Positions 43,597-54,196 of a stretch of DNA of 64,000 nt are shown here, in pieces. The stretch spans positions 1-64,000 of IMG/VR virus record IMGVR_UViG_3300042691_053984. One strand, 5' to 3'. The stretch's first letter is position 1; each line of letters begins with the position of its first letter. Source of the DNA: a virus. The position numbers and the translations under genes are program-made. The notes under the pieces are model-generated. The model had not been told where the DNA came from. It saw nothing but the letters and a program-made list of their open reading frames with translations, and searched no databases.

Positions 43597-45092
43597 GTTT
43601 TGTTGATTTTAAACACAGATGATGTGTTTTTGTAAATTTGCTTTTCATTCCCAACTATTAACATTACATCTATTACATAGGATTTTGTAGCAATAAGGTT
43701 TGACGCGTCAAGTTCAAAAAACATGGTGTTTAGGTCACTTGACAATCTCGTTGAACCCTTTTCATAATCAAAGGGAATGATTGCATAATCTGCATTGACG
43801 TCTCTAACGCTGTAAAATGCGTCAGTGACTAATCCTTGGAGATTTCCTAAAGAATTTACGGGAATTTTCTTGCTTTTCACAAATGGAGATTCATTGTCAA
43901 AGATGTTAACTTTGGTTACCACTTTTTCAAATGGTTCAATAAGATCTTTGAGGCCATAGGTGGATACCGTAAATCTCTTTGGCGCAAGATAATTTCCTGC
44001 AACATAAGAAGGATGTACCGTAATCGTAGATCCCGTGACAAAAACCTTGTTGCCATCAAGAGAAGTCCAGATAGGTGTAAAAAGCACTTTTTGCGCATCA
44101 ACGCTTAGTGCGTTTTTTATATGTACGTTATCAGAGGGAAGCAATATTGATGCAGAATACATTCCAGGAGTTTGAAAACTTCCTAAGTGATGCTGACTTC
44201 CGGTAAATATGAATTGCTCAACACCACCAGAAATAGGTAATTTTAAGATTAAGGCTATGCAGTTAGATCCCGTTAATTCATTAGAGTTTTGCGATAAATT
44301 ACGAGGTACACCTTTGTCATAATTAAATAAAAAGGAAGTGACCCTAGAATCAAATGTCATCCCCTGAGTAGTATCTTGTATTGAATCGTCGAATCCAACG
44401 ATAAGTTGAGGACGCTTTGTTTGATCGAAGGCATGTCGTGACGCAAATCTTTTTACGAAATACGTTCGCTGATCTTCTTCTTCTGATTGTGAAAAAGAAA
44501 TTCGAAATCCTGAATCTGGAATTTGTCCTGCAAGAACACCTGATAGCACCGGCGTGATATCAACATTAATGTCTTCTTCACCAGTCAAAAAGTATTGAGT
44601 TTCTTCAAGAGAACCTGTAAAAAAGTCACAAACAGTTCCCAATGAACCTGAATTATTACAACCGGGTGAAATCCACTTAGTTCCACCTAGGGATGCTGTA
44701 AAAAAATTTGATACATCAAGATCTGCGTAAAAAGTAACGTCTCTTCCGTGTCCTTCTTCAAAAGACTTTGACAAAGGGGAGACGATCAGGTTGAATTTAT
44801 TTGGCGTAGGTTGTCCTCCATATACGTCAAATAATTTTAAGTGTGCAAAGAAACTGGGATGGGTTGGGTCAATTTTACCTTTTTCAAATAAATTTTTTGC
44901 TTCACTGATATCGAAATGAATCAATCCTCTCGATAATTCAATGTTAGGAGAATCTCCTTCAAACGTAGCACCGTAAATCTTGAAAAGATCTATAGTTCCT
45001 GCGTTGCCTACGTTTGAATTGTAGGTCCTGATGCCGTTTATGACACGATTGGTTACGTAAGTGTCCTTATCTGACTTGAATATCTTGTACAT
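43593..45092 (-). CDS. virion structural protein (baseplate region)
   Basis: 499 aa between wedge genes; MYKIFKSDKDTYVTN...NAGTIDLFK start typical of large-phage structural proteins. Confidence 0.6.
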   Translation of the reverse strand: MYKIFKSDKDTYVTNRVINGIRTYNSNVGNAGTIDLFKIYGATFEGDSPNIELSRGLIHFDISEAKNLFEKGKIDPTHPSFFAHLKLFDVYGGQPTPNKFNLIVSPLSKSFEEGHGRDVTFYADLDVSNFFTASLGGTKWISPGCNNSGSLGTVCDFFTGSLEETQYFLTGEEDINVDITPVLSGVLAGQIPDSGFRISFSQSEEEDQRTYFVKRFASRHAFDQTKRPQLIVGFDDSIQDTTQGMTFDSRVTSFLFNYDKGVPRNLSQNSNELTGSNCIALILKLPISGGVEQFIFTGSQHHLGSFQTPGMYSASILLPSDNVHIKNALSVDAQKVLFTPIWTSLDGNKVFVTGSTITVHPSYVAGNYLAPKRFTVSTYGLKDLIEPFEKVVTKVNIFDNESPFVKSKKIPVNSLGNLQGLVTDAFYSVRDVNADYAIIPFDYEKGSTRLSSDLNTMFFELDASNLIATKSYVIDVMLIVGNEKQIYKNTSSVFKINKT

Positions 45093-46933
45093 TAAATCAC
45101 CCTTCCGATGATATCAACTTCAGGATATCGAAATTCAAAGATTCCACCTGGGGGTGGAATGATTATTCCCTTTCTCGTGTTTTCACTTACATTAAATGAT
45201 GAGGAACTATATTGTCTATTACTGACGTTATTGCGGATGTTTCTAAATTCAACTGTTTCAATTGAAATTATTCCGCTGACCGCAGCAATAGCTCTAAGAA
45301 CGTCTGAGACTATGATGGGTTGGTCTATCTGAAAGTTTTTTATGTTCATCATTTCCTGCAATCTTACTAGAACCTGTTGTATGACAATGTTTTTATTGAG
45401 AGCAGGATCTAACACAACATCAAATTGACACGTTAGGTTTATCACCCTTGCGTCAAGTACGTCAATTGCGTCAGATATTAACCTGTAAGGATTTAAAAAT
45501 TTTTGAAGATTTTGTTTCAAAGTGTCAGGTGAAGTTATCAATCTTTGTTCTGGGTCTCTGGATATGATAAACAATTGAGTTGCAAGTGGGTTGTTTGCAT
45601 TGGATCTAACGGCGGCCCTAAACACTCTTCCAAAATTAGATGGTAACGAATACACCCTGGCTAGCAAGTCTTCACGTGTGACGATTCTGTCTTGTGAATT
45701 TTTGATAGACGGAATCAGACTTCTTAGATCGTTAACTGTTGGTGAATCCTCACCGCCGGAGGCATTTGAAGAATTTGACACAGATAGTGATGCTCTCACC
45801 CTTTCTGCAATGATTGCAGTTGGATTTTCTGGGAAACTTGCTATGAGTGATGATACCACAGATACTGACCCTGCTCGTACATTATGCGATAGTCCACCAC
45901 CGTATCGATATGTCACCGTAATGTTTGTGTTATTTGCAATGACACCAAGTGTTTTGGTTTGAAGTAGCTGTTGTGGGTTAACAGATATTCTTGAAAATGT
46001 TTTTGTATGAGGAAAAGAAATGGCAAATTCAGAAGGATCGGGTATTACGTCATCCTCTAACGTGTCAGCTGACCCACCTCCAAATGTTAGTGTTGTTTTT
46101 CTGCTTCCAAGTTCAGTATTTGCAATGAATCGATATGGAGCAGGAATTACCCTCAAGGTATCTTTGACAAGATCACTATCACCAGCAGTGTTTAAAACAT
46201 TTTTATAAACAACGTCATGAGTTAATGACTTCACTTGATGATACGTATTTCCAAATCCGTCGACTACATTGATGATGTCAGTAACGTTTGCATTTGATAA
46301 CGTGAATTCCCTGAATGGGATGAAACTGCTGCCAACGGAAAATAGTTCAGTTGTTTCGTTTCCGGAGATGCAGGTACCGCGTGCAGTCAATATAAATGAC
46401 CTTGCTGTTCCATCAGAATTTCTATTACCGATTTTTATGGTCGCATAATAACTGCCATCACTTCTTTTTTTTGCAAAATCTACGTCATCCATCAGGTTAA
46501 ACTTAGTTCCCGTGTCTGATTCAAACACACTTCCCATTTCAATAATTGGAAATGCCTCTGAATTTGGAACCACCTGACCTCCGACTTTTATGGCAGGCAC
46601 CTCTATGTAAAGATTGACCGCGACCAGCGCTGGTGCGGCCCCAACTATGGGAACACCGGCGTCTCTGAGGTGTCTTTGTATGTTTGACGTCTCAACCGCA
46701 ACGTCGGGTATTGTTTCACCATACTGGTGGTCTAGATAGAACGACATGTTGTCACCTACGTAGGCCGCCATGTCCAAAAACAATCCACCCAACGAGGATT
46801 CAGAAAAATCTCTCAGGCGATCAGGATAGTAGTTCCTTGCATATTCAAGTATTTGACTACGCAAAGAGTCAAAGTCCTTTGCAAGGTACTTTCTTTGCCT
46901 GATATTTTTTAATTCATCTGTTTTAAGAGACAT
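45092..46933 (-). CDS. baseplate wedge subunit (T4 gp6 / baseplate J-like)
   Basis: YLAKDFDSLRSQILEYARNYYP..DFSESSLGGLFLDMAAYVGD; VTYRYGGG, QDRIVTREDL. Confidence 0.85.
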   Translation of the reverse strand: MSLKTDELKNIRQRKYLAKDFDSLRSQILEYARNYYPDRLRDFSESSLGGLFLDMAAYVGDNMSFYLDHQYGETIPDVAVETSNIQRHLRDAGVPIVGAAPALVAVNLYIEVPAIKVGGQVVPNSEAFPIIEMGSVFESDTGTKFNLMDDVDFAKKRSDGSYYATIKIGNRNSDGTARSFILTARGTCISGNETTELFSVGSSFIPFREFTLSNANVTDIINVVDGFGNTYHQVKSLTHDVVYKNVLNTAGDSDLVKDTLRVIPAPYRFIANTELGSRKTTLTFGGGSADTLEDDVIPDPSEFAISFPHTKTFSRISVNPQQLLQTKTLGVIANNTNITVTYRYGGGLSHNVRAGSVSVVSSLIASFPENPTAIIAERVRASLSVSNSSNASGGEDSPTVNDLRSLIPSIKNSQDRIVTREDLLARVYSLPSNFGRVFRAAVRSNANNPLATQLFIISRDPEQRLITSPDTLKQNLQKFLNPYRLISDAIDVLDARVINLTCQFDVVLDPALNKNIVIQQVLVRLQEMMNIKNFQIDQPIIVSDVLRAIAAVSGIISIETVEFRNIRNNVSNRQYSSSSFNVSENTRKGIIIPPPGGIFEFRYPEVDIIGRVI

Positions 46934-46961
46934 ATTTCACCATCTGTAAGTATGTAATGAA

Positions 46962-47432
46962 TTACATGGCATTTAGGTTTATTTGCAACATCTTGTTTTT
47001 TACACCAAGAGAAGGCACGTTATACGTGATTTTGATGTAAATCCTTGCAAGTGACCGATTGTCGATCTTTGTAGAGTCAGAAAGATAGTTTTCCAATGAA
47101 ACAAATGGCATCCACTTTTTCACCGCCGAATTTATCCTATCTATCGCAGCGGTGTCAAAGTCGTCCTGTGAAACAAGTTCAGAAAGAAGTGGTTTTAGGT
47201 TTGCTCCAAATTCATAGATTCCCAACCTCTCACCCCAGTTTGTTAATATCAAATTTCTCAAGTTATCGTGAACAACGTCTGACAGTTTGTCATATGTCAC
47301 AAATATTTCACCGTCATTTTCATTGATCTGTAACGGTGTTTTAATACCAATCGGTACCGGACTTGATTCTATCCTTTCTACGACTTTTTGCTCAAAAGTC
47401 TTTCCGGTGCTTTTAAAACTATATGATCCCAT
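46962..47432 (-). CDS. baseplate protein (T4 gp25-like)
   Basis: DNLRNLILTNWGERL...EFGANLKPLL, INSAVKKWMPFV. Confidence 0.85.
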   Translation of the reverse strand: MGSYSFKSTGKTFEQKVVERIESSPVPIGIKTPLQINENDGEIFVTYDKLSDVVHDNLRNLILTNWGERLGIYEFGANLKPLLSELVSQDDFDTAAIDRINSAVKKWMPFVSLENYLSDSTKIDNRSLARIYIKITYNVPSLGVKNKMLQINLNAM

Positions 47433-47460
47433 GACATTTATATATGGGGAATCTCAAATA

Positions 47461-49104
47461 TCAAGATACCTTTACTTTTAAAGACCCTCTTTGAATAAAA
47501 CCATGTGGAGGAATCATGGGAACAGTAAGACCTGCTAAACTGACAGGTTGACCTGCCTGGCTTAGGGCGACCATATTGGCATATATTATACTCATGAACT
47601 TTATGACATCGTCTGAAAGGTAGATTGGATCGCCTTCTCTTGCACAAGGAAAAGGTGAATCATCGCCGATAATGATCGGACCATCAGAGTCTATAATAAA
47701 ATCAGTGACTGACGCCAACCTCCCGGTTTTTTGTGAAGTCACAGTTAAAAATTCATTAGAATTTATTTCTACATTTGCACCTGAATTAATCGTTGTGTTT
47801 CCCGCAGAATTAATTGTCACATTTCCGCCACTATCAATCGTGATTGATGAATTTTTTGCTTTTATAGTGACGTGACCCGTGGATTTTGCCATTACCGTTG
47901 TCACAACAGATCCAGCGTCATCTTTGACCAAAATTTGTGCGTCTTTTCTTCCTATCACTCTGATTTTATCAGACTTCATTAAAACAACTGCATCTCCATT
48001 TGGATCGTCAGACACAGAAAATTGCTTGTTTATGTCAGAAATTTGAAGGTTTCCATCAACCTTGGTTCTCTGTGAGATCAACAGCCGACTCTTGTCATTT
48101 ATCCAGTCTGGATCTCCTTCGTCCTTGACTACTTCACGTTCACTTTTTCCAATCTCTTTCTTAAAATTAGATCCGTCTATCAACTTTGAATCGACAACTT
48201 TTCCTAACGTCCTTTCAGTCTGTCCTCTTCCTGCGACCATATCGATCGAACCTGCACTTTCTGCAAAGTCATTCGTGGTTTTTTGTGGCACCTTACCTCT
48301 GCCATCATCTGTTTCTGTCGTTGTTCCTATTGGTCCCAATCTATCTGTTCCCAGGACTATCAAGGTATTATTGCTTCCTTCTATTGCAATATCACCGGGT
48401 CTTTTTTTAAATCTTGGAACTGGTTCATATGTCATCAATTTTGATGCATCACTATTTTTCAATAAATTTTCGTAGAAAAACTCATCATCGGAGTCAACAA
48501 CTGAAGTGTCTATTGATGTTTTTGTCCCTTGATCGGTTTTTCTGGCTTGACCTACGCGGTATTCGTAGACCGCCTTATCTCTTTCGTTTGCAATGTCTTT
48601 TGTAGCGGGAAAGAAGCTTTGTTCGTATGCTCGTGGAGGATGTGTGTGATTGACGTCATCAACATGCTTGATCTCTGTGATCTTGGAAACCCAATATCCA
48701 ATTTCTTGATCTTGAAAAGTTTCAAACATTACCCACACATGCTCGCCCGGCTTGCAAGGCAATGCAATATGAGACGATAAAAATGGAAAAAGAAACATCG
48801 GATTTTCTACAGACGTTGCATTTATGTCATAAATTCTTTTTCCGATGATTGTATTTCTGGGCAGGACACGAGCAAGCTCAAGATTTGATACGTTAATTGA
48901 CGCCCAATACGCCTTTTTCTTTTCATAGGCTTCATCATTACCATTGAAAAACATCTCTGCGTCAGGAATCACGTCAATCACAACAAATCTATGAAAAATT
49001 ACGTTGTTTCCTGGTACTTCAACCTGTTGGTCGGTGAAATTCCGACCCATTGCAATTGTTTTTGCAAATTCTGAATTGTTGTATTTACCGAGAAACTTGC
49101 TCAT
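47461..49104 (-). CDS. baseplate hub/spike protein (gp5-like)
   Basis: PCKPGEHVWV OB-fold motif, PGDIAIEGSNN, C-terminal beta-helix-like repeats and AREGD tip motif. Confidence 0.7.
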   Translation of the reverse strand: MSKFLGKYNNSEFAKTIAMGRNFTDQQVEVPGNNVIFHRFVVIDVIPDAEMFFNGNDEAYEKKKAYWASINVSNLELARVLPRNTIIGKRIYDINATSVENPMFLFPFLSSHIALPCKPGEHVWVMFETFQDQEIGYWVSKITEIKHVDDVNHTHPPRAYEQSFFPATKDIANERDKAVYEYRVGQARKTDQGTKTSIDTSVVDSDDEFFYENLLKNSDASKLMTYEPVPRFKKRPGDIAIEGSNNTLIVLGTDRLGPIGTTTETDDGRGKVPQKTTNDFAESAGSIDMVAGRGQTERTLGKVVDSKLIDGSNFKKEIGKSEREVVKDEGDPDWINDKSRLLISQRTKVDGNLQISDINKQFSVSDDPNGDAVVLMKSDKIRVIGRKDAQILVKDDAGSVVTTVMAKSTGHVTIKAKNSSITIDSGGNVTINSAGNTTINSGANVEINSNEFLTVTSQKTGRLASVTDFIIDSDGPIIIGDDSPFPCAREGDPIYLSDDVIKFMSIIYANMVALSQAGQPVSLAGLTVPMIPPHGFIQRGSLKVKVS

Positions 49105-49113
49105 AGCAACCTC

Positions 49114-49485
49114 TTATCTCTTGTTAATTTTGTCAAAAATGTCATCGACGTCAAGTTCTTCATTTTTTTTGTCGGCTTTGTCGATCAACTCCGCAAGTTT
49201 GATCAATTGATCATTTGCCTTACTCATTCTTTCAATGTACGTTGCCATTGTTTTTCCATGTACCGCGTGCTCTGAGCTTTTATCCTGAGATATCTTCACT
49301 AGTCTTGCAAACATTGCGTATGAATTTTGTCTGTCAGAAATTGCATTTTCGTATATTTCTGTCCACAATTGACGCTTCTTGTCGTTTAACGTCTCTATCT
49401 GTTTTAATAGACCACTAAAATCTTTGATTCTTTCTTCGACAGATTTATTGGAAATGCCAACGGTATCATCTTGACTTTCAGACAT
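49114..49485 (-). CDS. conserved hypothetical helical protein
   Basis: 123 aa, coupled to the upstream gene. Confidence 0.65.
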   Translation of the reverse strand: MSESQDDTVGISNKSVEERIKDFSGLLKQIETLNDKKRQLWTEIYENAISDRQNSYAMFARLVKISQDKSSEHAVHGKTMATYIERMSKANDQLIKLAELIDKADKKNEELDVDDIFDKINKR

Positions 49486-50303
49486 TATTCACTCCCAATT
49501 ATGTCAAATTCTGTTCCTACTTTGATTTTTTTATAATGTTTTTTGATAGTTTGCATTGTTGTTGTCAACAATTTGGGACTCAAACCAGACAGTTCTCTCA
49601 TATACAGTAATATTGCTCGCTTATTTAAAAGATCAATATCGTCTATGTTTTCAAAGATGGTTATGATTGAATTAATACACGAAAGCTCGTTTTCAGTTTT
49701 GATTTTTGATCTTATGTCGTGCAAAGTGTTAAGTATGTCATTTGATGCGTATCTAGACTCAAACAAAGAATCAACACCTGGAATTATGGATTGTTCTTCA
49801 ATTGACTTTAGTTCCAACGATGTTAATGAGTCCGGATCATCCAACGAGATTGAGCGCTTCACCTTTTGAAGTTTTTGTTTCGTCTTAGAAATGAGCCAAT
49901 TTTTTGCAACAACGTTGAAATAAGAGAATGCGTTTGTCCCGCGAGATCCATCAAATTTGTGTATTGTCTCAAAAAGGAAGTTGACACAGTCGCTTTTGAG
50001 GTCATCATAAGAATCGTGCATGCTAGAGAACTTGTGTATGTTGATCAAATTTTCTGCGAGTTTTTCAAACGCAGGCATTATCTCTTCCATGTAAAGTTTG
50101 TTTCTTTCTTTCTTTTCGTTTGTGAGCTGGTATGCTGTTATTGCAGCTTGTGTATTTTGGTTGAAATACATTTTTGTTAATTTTGCTGCTTTTTTTGCCT
50201 CTTCACTCAGGCGTTTCATTTCCTCTTGATATGCGGGCCCTGCTTTTGACTGCGTTTCATCTGAAGATTGTCGCCTCTTTAATTTTTTCCGTAATCCCAT
50301 CAC
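49485..50303 (-). CDS. divergent sigma-like factor (candidate late transcription factor)
   Basis: DLKSDCVNFLFETIHKFDGSRGTNAFSYFNVVAKNWLI resembles sigma region 2. Confidence 0.65.
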   Translation of the reverse strand: MMGLRKKLKRRQSSDETQSKAGPAYQEEMKRLSEEAKKAAKLTKMYFNQNTQAAITAYQLTNEKKERNKLYMEEIMPAFEKLAENLINIHKFSSMHDSYDDLKSDCVNFLFETIHKFDGSRGTNAFSYFNVVAKNWLISKTKQKLQKVKRSISLDDPDSLTSLELKSIEEQSIIPGVDSLFESRYASNDILNTLHDIRSKIKTENELSCINSIITIFENIDDIDLLNKRAILLYMRELSGLSPKLLTTTMQTIKKHYKKIKVGTEFDIIGSE

Positions 50304-50602
50304 TTCATTTCCTTCCCTATTTCATCTTGAAGCGGTTCAACCAACAGATTTGCAACCAACAAAACTGCATCACGTGACAATTGAATGTCGTCTAAAAGTT
50401 CTCTCACCACAGGTTCATCGCTTAATACTTCCAGTTTTGCCCTAATTGATGCACGATTGTAACACGCGTCAAGAACGTCAAGAGATTCTTCGATTTTATC
50501 AACAACATTTTCAAATCTCTCAGAAAATTCGAGGTTCTTTCTCACGCTTAACACGAGGAGAAATAACAAAATCGCGCAAAAAATAGACAAAAATATGATC
50601 AA
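50300..50602 (-). CDS. small membrane-anchored protein
   Basis: N-terminal hydrophobic helix, then coiled coil. Confidence 0.65.
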   Translation of the reverse strand: MIIFLSIFCAILLFLLVLSVRKNLEFSERFENVVDKIEESLDVLDACYNRASIRAKLEVLSDEPVVRELLDDIQLSRDAVLLVANLLVEPLQDEIGKEMK

Positions 50603-51765
50603 ATCACTTCTCCCAAAATGGCATCGTACATACTACAAATAGACCCAAAGTTGTGTGTTGTACTTAGTTTCTCAGACAGGCTCATTGCCCACTGCTTGGG
50701 AATTGTGGGTGATTGTCTGAATTTCAACACTTTTTTCTTGAAGTCATCTTCATTTGGGAACGCCCACTGCATTCCGGGCAAAAATATCTTGTTGTCTATT
50801 CTAGAAGAATGCACATTTTCCATTTTGTAGTCAACGGAAATAAAGCGTCCTTGGTTCAAGAAGTCAAGATGTCCTGACCAGTTGGTTGCAATGACCGGAA
50901 GACCAGCAACAGACGCTTCCAAAAGCGGTAGTCCGTATCCTTCTCCTCGAGTCGCTGACACAAGAGCGTGGATCTTTGGGTGTTTATATAACGAGATCAC
51001 TTCGTCATCATTCATGTCCCCGTGAACCAAATAAACCTTTGGATATGGACCCTTTCTGACCTCTGACAACATTGTGTTAAAAATACTTAACACAGATTGT
51101 CTGTCAATCTTTGTATTCCGACTCGTGTTTGTCTTTACAAAGATTCCTACGTCTTTATCGTCCTTAAACGTTTCACATAGCCACTTGATTGAAAAAAACG
51201 TGTTCTTTCTATCGTTGTAAGGATTGTTTCCGGTCAATTGTCCAAAGACTAAAAAATTAAAGCCTGTTGGTACATCAAACAAATTATTGTCAACGTTCTC
51301 GTGATGATCCAGCCTTTCAAGATATGACTCTGGAACGACATGTATCTGCTTATTTGTTTTGCCCGTGGACTCAAAACATTTCTTTACATGTGTCGACGGT
51401 ACAATGACAGTATCCATCTTGTTTATGTCGTTCAGCCATGCCGGATTGCACCTATCTGTCTCTACGCCTGCAGTGAGACCTACGTTATGTCGGGCGATTT
51501 GAGTGTCCCATTCGTTTGGAAGTTGCAGCTGAACAGAAACATCGGCTGTACCCCTTAGATCGGTGGTCCTTTCCATCACCTTTCCAATAAATCCATTGTC
51601 ATGGTCAGGATTTATAAACCACGGAGTATCACCCCACGGCAATAACTGAAATTTCACGTCAATGTTGGGTTTTGATAAAAGCCACTTTGCCAACTGACGA
51701 CAGTGAACACCATAACCAGACTGCGTCAACACGGGGCCACGTAAGATCACACTTTTCTTCATCAT
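50599..51765 (-). CDS. glycosyltransferase, GT-B / GT4-like
   Basis: SGYG N-motif; RGEGYGLPLLEASVAGLPVIATNWSGH (E-x7-E). Confidence 0.88.
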   Translation of the reverse strand: MMKKSVILRGPVLTQSGYGVHCRQLAKWLLSKPNIDVKFQLLPWGDTPWFINPDHDNGFIGKVMERTTDLRGTADVSVQLQLPNEWDTQIARHNVGLTAGVETDRCNPAWLNDINKMDTVIVPSTHVKKCFESTGKTNKQIHVVPESYLERLDHHENVDNNLFDVPTGFNFLVFGQLTGNNPYNDRKNTFFSIKWLCETFKDDKDVGIFVKTNTSRNTKIDRQSVLSIFNTMLSEVRKGPYPKVYLVHGDMNDDEVISLYKHPKIHALVSATRGEGYGLPLLEASVAGLPVIATNWSGHLDFLNQGRFISVDYKMENVHSSRIDNKIFLPGMQWAFPNEDDFKKKVLKFRQSPTIPKQWAMSLSEKLSTTHNFGSICSMYDAILGEVI

Positions 51766-53009
51766 ATCTCGGTTATCTCCCAACGCTTGTATGTCTGCTT
51801 CCACGTATCGATGCAGTTGGTCAAGGTTTCATCCCACCTTTTGATCATGTCGTTCATACCGTAATTTTTACGTGCGTGCTCCATTGCCTTCAGCCCGAGT
51901 TGCTCTCTATCTTCAGGACCTAATTCGTACATCTTCATGAAAGCATTTGCGACTGATTTGTGAGACACAAAGTCTTCATAAATGTATGGAACACTTTGGC
52001 TACCGGCTAAAGACCTCACTTCCGGCTCAAGGGCTACTCCGTATTCAAATCCGGTTTCGTGATCTTCCACCTGTCGCGTCAAACCACCTGTTTTAATTGC
52101 AATCACGGGAGTTCCACACATCTTTGCCTCAAGAACCCCAAGTCCAAATCCTTCGTTGCACGACCTATTGACAAGCACGTCAGATATGTTGTAAAGAGAT
52201 GACATTTCCTCAAACTCTATCCTTTCTTTCGAGAAGAGGACGTGTTTCTGTAGACCAAACAAGTTGACAACCTCGTGAAGATTTGGACCTTCATTATCAA
52301 AAGGTTCTGTATGCATGATCATGGTGGCATTCCTATGCCCATGTTTTGCCTCAAGTTCATCTAGGAAAATCTTCCACGAATTTATAATGTCACTCGCAAG
52401 TTTTCTTCTTGCATTTCTGCTCACGTACAGGCCGATGAAGTGATCCTTCTTTTCCTTCCCGAGGAGTTTGATTTTGAATTTTTCTTTTTCATCCCTGGGA
52501 AGAGGCTTGAATATCCATTCAGGAACTGAATGAGGTATGTAGTTGGTCTTGTCTGGAAATCTTTTGTGAACCATTTCATACGTCGGCCAGTTGATACAAT
52601 TGATCAGATCTGTACTTTCGTATAATACCCTGTTGAACTCCGGCCACGGAGGATTGTCCCAGAGGTGATTGTAAGTTATCGGGCAGATTTGGTGGATCTC
52701 ATCTTCCATCTGCCACACCCAAATAAAGAAACGTGGATCGGTGAACAATAACATTGCATCAGGTTTGATCTGTGCAAGCGCTTGCCTCAGCAGATTTCTG
52801 TCTCCGAAAGCATTTGTGGGCTTAATGATAAAATCGGGATTTACAACTTGTTCATCGTAGTTTGAATGCTTTATTGCACCACCAAAAACATAGAACTTGT
52901 ACTTGCCCGTAGAAATCAATCCGTTGATCAGCCATCTAGCCTGAGTTCCCACACCGCTAGCCGCCAAAGGATGATCACAAAGCATTAAAATTGTTTTCTT
53001 TTTTTCCAT
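51762..53009 (-). CDS. glycosyltransferase, GT-B / GT4-like
   Basis: SGVG N-motif; NEGFGLGVLEAKMCGTPVI. Confidence 0.88.
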   Translation of the reverse strand: MEKKKTILMLCDHPLAASGVGTQARWLINGLISTGKYKFYVFGGAIKHSNYDEQVVNPDFIIKPTNAFGDRNLLRQALAQIKPDAMLLFTDPRFFIWVWQMEDEIHQICPITYNHLWDNPPWPEFNRVLYESTDLINCINWPTYEMVHKRFPDKTNYIPHSVPEWIFKPLPRDEKEKFKIKLLGKEKKDHFIGLYVSRNARRKLASDIINSWKIFLDELEAKHGHRNATMIMHTEPFDNEGPNLHEVVNLFGLQKHVLFSKERIEFEEMSSLYNISDVLVNRSCNEGFGLGVLEAKMCGTPVIAIKTGGLTRQVEDHETGFEYGVALEPEVRSLAGSQSVPYIYEDFVSHKSVANAFMKMYELGPEDREQLGLKAMEHARKNYGMNDMIKRWDETLTNCIDTWKQTYKRWEITEI

Positions 53010-53028
53010 AAAAACCTATTTAGCAAAA

Positions 53029-53841
53029 TTATACGCAATGCTGTGTATTTTTATACTGACAATATGTGCAAGAGTCCCTGTTTTTTAGGGCAATTCCCTT
53101 TCTAACGGAAGAGATCATGCTATTAAGGGCCTTTAATGCACGTCCAGACGTTACGTCTCCAACGGAGACTTTGACCAATTCACAATGCGAGCCTCTCTTT
53201 GCGGATCTTTTAAGCAAGACAAATCCACACCTTACGTGTCGTGGGTCTATGTTTGTCTTGCCTGACCAAAAGTTTTTATAGAATATGAGTTGTTGCTGGA
53301 TTTTATGATCAGACTTTTTATCAGCCGTCCAACCCCACGCTGTGGTCTTCCAGTCTAATAACCAATATTGGTCTTCCCCTCTTTTCCCCTTTGTCTTGAT
53401 GATTCCATCAATAAATCCCTTGAATGCGTGATTCGGATGTTTTTCAATCGCCTCGTACAGGGCATGCTCTGCATCTACTGTTTCCCACGAAGGAAAATTA
53501 TCTTCAAGAAATTGTGGAATGTCAGCCAAAATGTCAATTGCCTCTCGCTTAAAAGAGTCAAGTAATTCAGTCTTGTATTCTGCAATTTCTTTGTTTTTTT
53601 CAAAAGACTCGATCAACAAATTGACCGCAACATCTGTGTTCATCACACGTGTTTTTAAAAAATCTTCGCATGAAGCGTGTACCGCGGTGCCAAAGTCCAA
53701 GATAGGTGAAGGAACAAAAAGGTCAATCTTATCGATGTGCCTCAGTTTGTGACGATAGGAACAGTCTTGCCACTCCTTCAATTCACTGAAACTTACGTGA
53801 GGTTTTCCTGTGGGAAGATTTTCAAAAGCGCTCATTGTCAA
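53029..53841 (-). CDS. Cas4/AddB-like PD-(D/E)xK exonuclease with 4-Cys cluster
   Basis: N-terminal Cys (QDCSYRH), GFIDGII, LDWKT, QLIFY, C-terminal CTYCQYKNTQHC. Confidence 0.85.
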   Translation of the reverse strand: MTMSAFENLPTGKPHVSFSELKEWQDCSYRHKLRHIDKIDLFVPSPILDFGTAVHASCEDFLKTRVMNTDVAVNLLIESFEKNKEIAEYKTELLDSFKREAIDILADIPQFLEDNFPSWETVDAEHALYEAIEKHPNHAFKGFIDGIIKTKGKRGEDQYWLLDWKTTAWGWTADKKSDHKIQQQLIFYKNFWSGKTNIDPRHVRCGFVLLKRSAKRGSHCELVKVSVGDVTSGRALKALNSMISSVRKGIALKNRDSCTYCQYKNTQHCV

Positions 53842-53856
53842 AATTTAAACAAAAAT

Positions 53857-53886
53857 AAAAAAAAGTTCAATCTAGTTAGATTGAAC
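53857..53886 (-). terminator. intrinsic terminator after the fractured dehydrogenase gene
   Basis: Minus strand GTTCAATCT-AACT-AGATTGAAC followed by a T-tract. Confidence 0.7.
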
Positions 53887-53908
53887 CTTTAAGTTTAGTT
53901 GAAGTTAT

Positions 53909-54196
53909 TCAGCTTCTTTTTGAGACAGCACGCCCTAATTGTCTCTCCCAATCTTTGTCTTTTCTGACCTCCTTGTTCTTTTCCCAAGCGGCCTGCAGAA
54001 CGACTGGATTTACGTCTAAATTCTTAGAAAGCTTAATTAAAGCGTTGATATCTTTTGGAAAACAATTGTGGACAACAATGTTATTGCACACCCAAAACAA
54101 ATCATCATTTTTCTCATCAAGGGATGAAAGTTCTAAATTGTGAACTGTTCCGGTGTACGACAATCTTTCAATTTTTTCGATTTTTGCAGTTTTCAT
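53909..54196 (-). CDS. split-intein C-fragment (44 aa) fused to C-extein of UDP-glucose dehydrogenase-family enzyme
   Basis: MKTAKIEKIER...VHNLEL...NIVVHN|CFPKD: His-Asn terminus, Cys+1; CFPKD is the dehydrogenase catalytic motif. Confidence 0.92.
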   Translation of the reverse strand: MKTAKIEKIERLSYTGTVHNLELSSLDEKNDDLFWVCNNIVVHNCFPKDINALIKLSKNLDVNPVVLQAAWEKNKEVRKDKDWERQLGRAVSKRS

